Positions 7,524 through 14,911 of a stretch of DNA of 24,000 nt are shown here, one piece after another. The stretch comes from Deltaproteobacteria bacterium. GTDB lineage: Bacteria > Desulfobacterota > Desulfobacteria > Desulfobacterales > SURF-15. The notes under the pieces were generated by a model. The model was not told where the DNA came from, searched no databases, and saw only the letters and a program-made list of their open reading frames with translations. A program made the translations under genes and the position numbers. The stretch spans positions 28,678-52,677 of the forward strand of contig JAFDFZ010000010.1 in the NCBI GenBank assembly GCA_019309565.1, written 5' to 3'. Within the stretch, counting starts at the first letter, position 1. Each line of letters begins with the position of its first letter.

Positions 7524-8864
7524 ATGGCTTTGACCGGTATTCAGATTTTTAAACTTCTACCGAAAACCAACTGCAAAGAGTGCGGTGTTCCAACGTGTCT
7601 GGCCTTCGCCATGAACCTGGCATCGGGTAAAGCCGAACTGGACAGCTGCCCTTACGTGTCCGATGAGGCAAGGGAGAAGCTTGCCGAAGCGTCTGCGCCG
7701 CCCATCCGTCCGGTAGCCATCGGACGAGGCGTACGAAAATTCACTACCGGCGGTGAAACCGTATTGTACCGCCATGAAAAGACCTTTTACAATCAACCCG
7801 GCATTGCCGCCATGATCACTTCCGATATTTCCGAGAAGGATCTTGAAACCAAACTGAAAGTCTGGAACGCGTATCAATATGAGCGCGTAGGTCTTAACTT
7901 AAGACCGGAACTGGTGGCGCTGAAGGATGCCGATGGAAATAAGGACTCATATGCCGAAAGAGCCAGGCAGATCGCCGAGAGCAGCGAGTTTAACCTGGTG
8001 CTGATGACGGAAAACGAATCGGTGATGAAAGCGGCGATCGATGTGTGCAAGTTCAAACGTCCGCTCATGTATGCAGCAACAGAAGCCAACGTGGATGGTT
8101 TCGGCGAATTGGCGAAAAACAACGATCTGCCGATCGCTGTAAAGGCAAATTCGATTGAGGCACTGATTCCACTTACCTCCAAACTTATGGACATGGGCCT
8201 TAAGGATATTGTGCTGGATCCTGGCTCCAGAGAAATCAAACAGTCATTGGAAGATCAGGTAGCCATCCGTCGAGCCGCGCTCAAAGCAGCAAATCGGACT
8301 CTTGGATTTCCAACCATCACGTTTCCATGTGAAATGGCTTCCAATCCGGACATGGAAACATTGATTGCAGCGATGCACATAGCAAAATATTGTGGTATCG
8401 TGGTGTTGTCTGATTTTTCAGGCGAGGCGCTGTTTCCACTGTTGCTTGAAAGATTGAATATTTTCACGGACCCGCAACGGCCCATGACGGTGACAGAGGG
8501 AATTTACGAGATCGGCAACCCGGATGAGAAATCACCGGTACTGGTTACGACAAATTTTGCGCTCACTTATTTTATCGTATCTGGAGAAATCGAAGGAAGC
8601 AAAGTTCCAGCCTGGCTGCTCATAAAGGACTCCGAAGGGCTTTCTGTAATGACTGCCTGGGCTGCCGGTAAATTTTCCGGTGATGACGTTGCGCTGTTTG
8701 TAAAGAAAAGCGGTATTGCAGACAAGATAAAAGAAAAGGAATTGATTATTCCCGGATATGCGGCCGCTATTGCCGGTGATATCGAAGAAGAGTTGAATGG
8801 CTGGAAGATTACCGTGGGTCCCAGAGAAGCAGCCCACATTCCTGCATTTCTCAGGGCAAGATAG
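7524..8864 (+). CDS. acsC: Corrinoid iron-sulfur protein large (gamma) subunit
   Basis: AGGAG lies upstream of the ATG. The N-terminal [4Fe-4S] motif is C17-x2-C20-x4-C25-x16-C42 (CKECGVPTCLAFAMNLASGKAELDSC), followed by TIM-barrel and C-terminal corrinoid-binding regions. Length is 446 aa. Confidence 0.92.
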   Translation: MALTGIQIFKLLPKTNCKECGVPTCLAFAMNLASGKAELDSCPYVSDEAREKLAEASAPPIRPVAIGRGVRKFTTGGETVLYRHEKTFYNQPGIAAMITSDISEKDLETKLKVWNAYQYERVGLNLRPELVALKDADGNKDSYAERARQIAESSEFNLVLMTENESVMKAAIDVCKFKRPLMYAATEANVDGFGELAKNNDLPIAVKANSIEALIPLTSKLMDMGLKDIVLDPGSREIKQSLEDQVAIRRAALKAANRTLGFPTITFPCEMASNPDMETLIAAMHIAKYCGIVVLSDFSGEALFPLLLERLNIFTDPQRPMTVTEGIYEIGNPDEKSPVLVTTNFALTYFIVSGEIEGSKVPAWLLIKDSEGLSVMTAWAAGKFSGDDVALFVKKSGIADKIKEKELIIPGYAAAIAGDIEEELNGWKITVGPREAAHIPAFLRAR

Positions 8865-8906
8865 CAGGAATGAGAGCCAAACAGGTTAATAAAAGGGAGG
8901 AGTGTC

Positions 8907-9788
8907 ATGTTGCTCATTGGTGAAAGCTTAAACGTCATATCCAAAAAGATAGGCAAGGCCTTCAAAGAAAGAGACCCTAAGCCGATTCAAGAGGAAGCCC
9001 TGTTTCAAAAAGAAAAGGGGATGGATTACATCGACGTCAACCTCGGGCCGGCCAAAAAGGATGGCCATGAACTGATGCCCTGGGTGGTGGAGGTCATTCA
9101 GGAAGTTGTGGATGATGTTCCCCTGTCCCTGGACACCTCAAATATAGAGGCCATTGCAGCGGCGCTTAAGGTATGCAAGCAAAGGCCTTTGATTAACTCA
9201 ATCATGTGCCGCCCTGAGCGCTATGAAAAGATGATTCCACTCGCAGCAGAGCATAACACCGATTTCATTGCATTGATGTGGGGCCCTGAAGGCCTTCCTC
9301 GGGATGAAAACGAGCGGGCGGCGCTTTGTGTGGAACTGGTCTACGCGGCAAACGAAGCGGGGATAGAAAACGACCGGATCTGGGTTGACGGTATCGTAAC
9401 TCCCGTTAACATCCAGCAACCCCAGCTGATGAGCCTTCTTGAATTCCAAAAAATGCTCCCGGATATAGCCCCGGGAGTGAAAAGTACCTGCGGTCTTTCA
9501 AACATCTCCAACGGACCGCCGTCCCATCTGCGGCCCATTTTGAATCAAACCTATATGATCATGCTTGGAAGATACGGTATGTACTCCGTGATTGCAGACC
9601 CTCGGGATGATACCCTGATCGACATCGCAAGGGGAAAACGCCAGGATATCGTGGATGTGGTCTATGCGGTCATGGATGGCAACGCTCCGGATATGGGCAG
9701 CCTTTCAAAGGAGTTGCAGGATTATGTGAAAACGGCCAACGTTATCCTGGGAAAGACCCTCTATTCCGATTCGTGGCTTGAGATATAA
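8907..9788 (+). CDS. acsE: Methyltetrahydrofolate:corrinoid/iron-sulfur protein methyltransferase (pterin-binding domain)
   Basis: GGGAGG lies 6 nt upstream of the ATG. N-terminus is MLLIGESLNV. Pterin-binding-barrel-like blocks are YIDVNLGP, LSLDTSN, PLINSI and GLSNIS. It sits inside the acs cluster. Confidence 0.88.
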   Translation: MLLIGESLNVISKKIGKAFKERDPKPIQEEALFQKEKGMDYIDVNLGPAKKDGHELMPWVVEVIQEVVDDVPLSLDTSNIEAIAAALKVCKQRPLINSIMCRPERYEKMIPLAAEHNTDFIALMWGPEGLPRDENERAALCVELVYAANEAGIENDRIWVDGIVTPVNIQQPQLMSLLEFQKMLPDIAPGVKSTCGLSNISNGPPSHLRPILNQTYMIMLGRYGMYSVIADPRDDTLIDIARGKRQDIVDVVYAVMDGNAPDMGSLSKELQDYVKTANVILGKTLYSDSWLEI

Positions 9789-9801
9789 AAATAGCTAAAA
9801 G

Positions 9802-10434
9802 ATGCCAAGGATTGATGACTACCTTCAGGCAAAACAGCTTGCCGCCGAACGGTTAAGCAAAGAGCCGCTAGGGGAATTGATAGAGCGGTCCGGATTTGAT
9901 ACATTCGATGAACAAACCATCAAAGCTTCCTTCCTGAATCGAATTTATAAGATCAGTTATCCCTCGTTTGCGTTTCAGGACATCTCCAGCGAAGATCTGC
10001 AAACGCCTATCCAGGAGCATGTTCTTATTTTGCATTACCTGCAAGGCTCAGGGAAAGCGGAAGCGACCGATGTCTGGATTACTTACCGGGAAATACCGGA
10101 TGCTTCTTTCTACTACAGCGCCTTTATCAAACGAGCCATAGAACCTTTGAAAAAGGTGTTCGGGCAAAACCTGACCGGATTTACGGCAGCAGCCCGACAG
10201 CTGGGAGGTAAGCGCATATCGCACGGGGATGCTGCGTTTGAGTTTAAAATCTTCCCGAAAGTGGCTATAAGAATAATTCTATGGAAGGCGGATGAAGAAT
10301 TTCCCCCGGAAGCAAACATTCTTTTCGATAAGAGCATCGCTTGGATTCTCTCCCCTGAAGACATCGCATGGCTTTGCGGCCTGTTCGTTTACAGGCTCAT
10401 CGGTATTGCCAGAAAAGGCCCCGAAGATTCGTGA
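9802..10434 (+). CDS. Conserved hypothetical protein, probably DUF3786 family; last gene of the acs operon
   Basis: A 210-aa ORF starts 13 nt after the acsE stop on the same strand and has coding-like composition. The family name comes from my memory of DUF3786 proteins next to corrinoid and acs genes; it is not verified. The SD is weak. Confidence 0.6.
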   Translation: MPRIDDYLQAKQLAAERLSKEPLGELIERSGFDTFDEQTIKASFLNRIYKISYPSFAFQDISSEDLQTPIQEHVLILHYLQGSGKAEATDVWITYREIPDASFYYSAFIKRAIEPLKKVFGQNLTGFTAAARQLGGKRISHGDAAFEFKIFPKVAIRIILWKADEEFPPEANILFDKSIAWILSPEDIAWLCGLFVYRLIGIARKGPEDS

Positions 10435-10665
10435 CCGCGGTCTCTCAAAGGGTTGAATTGTCACCTTTTTACCGGTTGCGCGCGCCTTTAAATCCGATTA
10501 TTCTACGGATCAAGTTTTTTGTCCCACTGACCGAGAACTTTAGGGCTTTGTTTTCCTTTTCTTGATAATCCTGCGAGATTTTAGTATCCTTTTACAGCTT
10601 TTCCGATGTATCCCAATCTATCCGGGACTGGAAAGGGCATCAGTTTCGTTTAAAGGGAGTAATAG

Positions 10666-13600
10666 ATGATTCAATCCAGAGCACTTGAAGAGAATTTGGC
10701 CAGATATCGCGTGGATGTGATTCCCGATCCGAAATACGAAGTGCTCGAGGATATCATGTCCGATTATTATGGGCTGTTGGATGGTCTGCACAGCTTCATA
10801 AAGGAGCTGTCACATCCCTATCGAAACTGGCACCATGTCGTCAAAGAAGCCAGGGGATATGCGCTTAACTATCTACATCTACTGAAAAACCACCCCAGGG
10901 GACCGGAAGCCGCAAAACGCTTCACAGGCATTTTCTTCGAGGCCATACAATCCACCTCGGACATGATGCTGCGAGCTGAGGCAGCGGATAATCTGCTGTT
11001 ATTCATACAAAAACTCATCAAAGAGATGGGATCGGATCTTAAGCGATTCATCCCGATCCTGCAGGAAACCTTCAACCGTATTCGGAACCATGAAGGAGAG
11101 GATTTTTTTCTATTTTTAAAAAGCTATTACAGGCTTAACAGGATGGCAGAACGGTTCGTTTCCGCGACAAGTGAGTCTGTAACGGATTATGAAGCTTTAA
11201 ACCGATTGCTTTTGAAATATTTCAGGGAAACTTACACGTACTGGTTACAGGAAGACGATCCGCAAAGGTGGTTTGAAAATGAAACCGGTGAATTAAGAAA
11301 ATCAGAGAAGCTTTACGATATTTTTTACCCGATCTCTCACGAACACCTCAGGCAGCTTAGTCACAATCTTGAAAGCATATCCGCACAAAGCAGAATCGAA
11401 TCAAAAGAGCTTACCACCGAATTGACTCGGCTGCCCGGATATAACGAAATCGTGGAAAGTTATCGTGTGATCCCCCGCAAGCTTTCTGTAACCGGTGAAA
11501 CAGACCTTGAGAGCAATCGATGGAAGTTGATCTTTGTTTTTCAGATACTCAACATACCGGGGCTTTCCCTTTTGCACGAAGAAGCATTACGGGAAACCAA
11601 CCGAACCTTGTCCGAGCTGATTGGACATGAAGAATCGAGCCAGCGGGAGGAATTGGTTCGAAAAACCTTTTCCATTCTCAAAACTCAAAGCCGTAAGTTT
11701 CCCGATACCGCCCTTAACTGCATGTTCAACATAGGAAAGGCGGTTTATGGAACCGAGGACACTGATTTGATCGATTTCTTCATCGATTCGGTTATTGACC
11801 TCGGATTTCAGCTTCCTCAGGTGGGGGGGGTTGGAGACGACTGGCAGATAAGAGCCAACAGCGCCCATATTTTGAACATCCGCATCTGGCTCAGGTTGAT
11901 TGAACTAAACCCCAAGCTGTCAAAGCGGCTTTTATCAGCGCTGATCGTTTACCTGTCGCTTTGTGGTGTGTTTATCAAGGACACCGATCTGTTTCCAAAA
12001 GACGTCACTGGCTTGCTGAACAGTGAGATCGTGCCTGTCTACAACCTGGTAAAACAGCTTGCAAGGCTGTTTCCGGTTTATTTTAACGATATCGGTGCAG
12101 AGGGACGGTTAAGAGACATATCGACTCGAATAGACGAACTATGCGGACGAAAAGATGTACTGATCCACTTTTTACGCAAGCAGAGCCATGTAGAAAGCAG
12201 CAATCGAATCATCGGGTTCATGGAAGCGACTCTGTATTTCTGGGAGACCAGGGACAAAACACGTCTTCAACCGTATATCCCTCCGGCGATCTACGACCAA
12301 ATCCAAAGCCACGGCCCTTTTATCGATGGTGTTCACAGGACAGTGGCATTGCTGAAGAAACGGGGCGTTTCGCTGCCAAGGGGACTTCTATCTTTCCATG
12401 AGTCTGAGTTACGCTCTATTGCGGGTGATCATCCGGATGTGTCTGAAAACGACCTTGAACGGGTATCACTGGCGATATCGCTGTATAAAATGTTTAATCA
12501 GAAATACAGGCTTGATTTCATCGAGACGGACCAATTCGTCTCTCAATTGAGGCCGGATGTTTTTCCTAAGTTAGACGAACTTAAAGCCGCGCTTGCAGAG
12601 AAAAACCTTAAGAGAAAACTTGATGGCCTGCTTAATTATCTCGATGTGCTGAAAACATTGATTCTTTCACCAAAGACATTTGATATCAGAGAAGATATCT
12701 ATAAAAAGAGACATATTACCGTGGACATCCCATCCATGTACGGTAGTTATCACGAGATGAAGTTTGATGCACTGGGGTTGACCTTCCGGCTGGAGGGCAT
12801 CATTAACGTACTTTTTGAAGAGCTCATCGAAAATATCGACCTTAACCTGATAACGAAAGCAACTTTCTTTCAGGTAAACGACAGGTTAAAGCTATTATAC
12901 AAGGCCCTGAAACTCGATGGGATATTATCGGTTGAAATTGAACGCCAGCTTGAGTTATTAAATCACTCGCTTCAAGTCAGAGGGTTTACCTTCACCCAAT
13001 ATATCGACATTTTCAAAGGTTTTGCCCAGGCAGTAAAAAACATTATCGATGATTATTTCAACAATGTACACGAAAGAAACTTAAAGCGGATCTTATCCAG
13101 ACTCACCTCTGAGCAGATTCTTTCCAAATATCTTCCCGGGGAGAACCATTTTGATAACGAAAGCTTGGAACATCGGGTATCAGAGATATTTTTTCGAGAA
13201 AGAATCGCCATCTCTTTAGGGCTTCAGCAAATGGATCGCTTCCTGAGCCGAATCATCAATACGCTGTTCCAGCAGCTGGACACACTTCCTAATGATAAGT
13301 TGCAGCAGCTTTTGCTTTACGATCCAGAAAGGGCTATGACGCCCATTGATAAAACCGGCAGGCGGGTATCGGGCATTATTCATCTCGGAAACAAGGGACG
13401 CAATCTTGTGAAGCTCAAACAGTATGGTTTGCCCATTCCTCCGGGTTTTATCATTACCACCGAAGTCTTCAGGTGCCGGAACGTCATCAACGCTTACGGT
13501 CCTGCAAAGCAGAATTTTAAAGAGCAGATCACACATCACATCTCCTATATTGAGAAGCTTACCGGCAGTCGTTTCGGTGATCCCAGTAACCCACTGCTTT

Positions 13601-14853
13601 TTTCCGTCAGAAGCGGTTCTTCCATTTCACAACCAGGCATGATGGATACGTTTTTGGATGTGGGAATCAATGAACAGATCGTCTGCGGTATCATCTCCCG
13701 CACCGGTAATAAGTGGTTTGCCTGGGACAATTATCGGCGTTTTCTTCAGTGTTACGGGATGTCTTATGGATTGAACCGGGATGAATTCGATGCGATTATC
13801 GATGATTTCAAACAAAAGCTGGGAATTCCCTTTAAAAGAGATTTTTCAGGGGATCAGATGCAGCAGGTAGCACTCACTTACAAGAAGATGGTTCTTGATT
13901 CCGGCATTGAAATCGAGGAAGATCCGTTCGAGCAGCTTTATTTGATTATCGGAAGAGTATTCGAATCATGGGAATCTGCAAAAGCAAAGGCCTATCGCAA
14001 AATTATGGGTATTTCCGATGATTGGGGCACTGCGGTTACGGTTCAAACTATGGTCTATGGAAATATTTCTCGCCAGTCCGGCTCAGGGGTTCTCTTTACA
14101 CACAACCCTAAGCTGCCGGGTGATACGCTGCGGCTTTGGGGAGATTTTACCATCGGAAATCAGGGTGAAGATGTCGTGGCAGGATTGGTTCGAACACTTC
14201 CCATATCCGTCATTCAGAAGAATTATGAAATGCGACAAACCGATGTGACCCTTCAAACCCATTTCCCGAAGATTTACATGGCGTTAAAAAATTGGGCAAA
14301 CGATTTGATTTACGAGAAAGGCTGGAGTCCGCAAGAGATAGAATTTACCTTTGAGGGCCCTGATGTCAAGGATCTTTACCTGTTGCAGACACGAGACATG
14401 GTCATTAGGGGACAGAAGGATGTATATACCTTTGACCTGGAGGGACAGGAAAAAAGGAGCCTGCTGGGACACGGCATAGGAGTAAGTGGAGGTGCAATGG
14501 TCGGGCGTGTGGTTTTCAGCCTCGAGGAGATCGATCAATGGCGCCATCAGGAACCGGAAACATTCCTGATTCTGGTTCGATCAGACACCGTTCCCGATGA
14601 TATTCAGGAAATATACGCTGCCGACGGCCTTCTGACGGCACGAGGCGGTCTGACAAGTCATGCTGCCGTGGTCGCTCATCGACTGGGTAAAACCTGTGTG
14701 GTTGGATGTGCGGATTTGATCTGCAATGAGAAAAGGAAAGAAGCCGTCTGGAACCGGGTGACATTGAGATCAGGGGACTATATCAGTATCGACGGCCAGC
14801 AAGGAGCAGTCTATTTGGGCCGCTTGAAGGTAAAAAAAGCAAGGCATAGATGA
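10666..14853 (+). CDS. Large (1395 aa) PPDK/PpsA-superfamily protein: unknown ~890-aa N-terminal region, then ATP-grasp nucleotide-binding domain and phosphohistidine swivel domain; no PEP/pyruvate TIM barrel
   Basis: AAGGGAG lies 6 nt upstream of the ATG, and the ORF is a single uninterrupted 4.2-kb reading frame. C-terminal motifs are listed under the two domain features below. Confidence 0.9.
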   Translation: MIQSRALEENLARYRVDVIPDPKYEVLEDIMSDYYGLLDGLHSFIKELSHPYRNWHHVVKEARGYALNYLHLLKNHPRGPEAAKRFTGIFFEAIQSTSDMMLRAEAADNLLLFIQKLIKEMGSDLKRFIPILQETFNRIRNHEGEDFFLFLKSYYRLNRMAERFVSATSESVTDYEALNRLLLKYFRETYTYWLQEDDPQRWFENETGELRKSEKLYDIFYPISHEHLRQLSHNLESISAQSRIESKELTTELTRLPGYNEIVESYRVIPRKLSVTGETDLESNRWKLIFVFQILNIPGLSLLHEEALRETNRTLSELIGHEESSQREELVRKTFSILKTQSRKFPDTALNCMFNIGKAVYGTEDTDLIDFFIDSVIDLGFQLPQVGGVGDDWQIRANSAHILNIRIWLRLIELNPKLSKRLLSALIVYLSLCGVFIKDTDLFPKDVTGLLNSEIVPVYNLVKQLARLFPVYFNDIGAEGRLRDISTRIDELCGRKDVLIHFLRKQSHVESSNRIIGFMEATLYFWETRDKTRLQPYIPPAIYDQIQSHGPFIDGVHRTVALLKKRGVSLPRGLLSFHESELRSIAGDHPDVSENDLERVSLAISLYKMFNQKYRLDFIETDQFVSQLRPDVFPKLDELKAALAEKNLKRKLDGLLNYLDVLKTLILSPKTFDIREDIYKKRHITVDIPSMYGSYHEMKFDALGLTFRLEGIINVLFEELIENIDLNLITKATFFQVNDRLKLLYKALKLDGILSVEIERQLELLNHSLQVRGFTFTQYIDIFKGFAQAVKNIIDDYFNNVHERNLKRILSRLTSEQILSKYLPGENHFDNESLEHRVSEIFFRERIAISLGLQQMDRFLSRIINTLFQQLDTLPNDKLQQLLLYDPERAMTPIDKTGRRVSGIIHLGNKGRNLVKLKQYGLPIPPGFIITTEVFRCRNVINAYGPAKQNFKEQITHHISYIEKLTGSRFGDPSNPLLFSVRSGSSISQPGMMDTFLDVGINEQIVCGIISRTGNKWFAWDNYRRFLQCYGMSYGLNRDEFDAIIDDFKQKLGIPFKRDFSGDQMQQVALTYKKMVLDSGIEIEEDPFEQLYLIIGRVFESWESAKAKAYRKIMGISDDWGTAVTVQTMVYGNISRQSGSGVLFTHNPKLPGDTLRLWGDFTIGNQGEDVVAGLVRTLPISVIQKNYEMRQTDVTLQTHFPKIYMALKNWANDLIYEKGWSPQEIEFTFEGPDVKDLYLLQTRDMVIRGQKDVYTFDLEGQEKRSLLGHGIGVSGGAMVGRVVFSLEEIDQWRHQEPETFLILVRSDTVPDDIQEIYAADGLLTARGGLTSHAAVVAHRLGKTCVVGCADLICNEKRKEAVWNRVTLRSGDYISIDGQQGAVYLGRLKVKKARHR
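13348..14400 (+). other. PPDK_N-type ATP-grasp (nucleotide-binding) domain of the 1395-aa protein
   Basis: GNKGRNLVKLKQYGLPIPPGFIITTEVF; FGDPSNPLLFSVRSGSSISQPGMMDTFLDVGIN; TGNKWFAWDNYRRFLQCYG; DDWGTAVTVQTMVYGN; SGSGVLFTHNP; GDFTIGNQGEDVVAG; QEIEFTFE..LYLLQTRDM. Confidence 0.85.
14467..14850 (+). other. PEP-utilising-enzyme mobile (swivel phosphohistidine) domain of the 1395-aa protein
   Basis: GIGVSGGAMVGRVVF...FLILVRSDTVPDDIQEIYAADGLLTARGGLTSHAAVVAHRLGKTCVVGC. The conserved His is codon 1332 (nt 14659-14661). The ORF ends 63 codons later. Confidence 0.85.
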
Positions 14854-14869
14854 AGCGAAAAAAGACGGA

Positions 14870-14883
14870 ATCGAAATTTCGAT
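14870..14883. promoter_or_regulatory. Perfect 14-bp palindrome ATCGAAATTTCGAT between the large ORF and the gap-like gene
   Basis: Read directly from the sequence. It lies 17 nt after the TGA and 29 nt before the ATG at 14912. Its function is unknown; it may be an operator-like site or a small RNA hairpin. Confidence 0.3.
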
Positions 14884-14911
14884 CAATAAAGTGCAACCGG
14901 AGAATGAAGTG

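Noticed and set aside
10446-10470. AAAGG(G)..CCTTT hairpin plus T-run after the DUF3786-like gene, as a terminator
   Set aside because: The stem is only ~5 bp, AT-rich and has a 12-nt loop, and the T-run is partly consumed by the stem. It is too weak to call. The operon end there is inferred only from the 231-nt gap.
10562-10587. TTGATA...TAGTAT as a promoter for the large ORF
   Set aside because: The spacer is only 14 nt. No convincing alternative was found, so the promoter of the large gene is left uncalled.
14891-14911. GTG start for the gap homologue, as in the ORF track
   Set aside because: The ATG at 14912 gives the canonical MKLGINGLGRIG N-terminus and has GGAG 9 nt upstream. The GTG has no SD.
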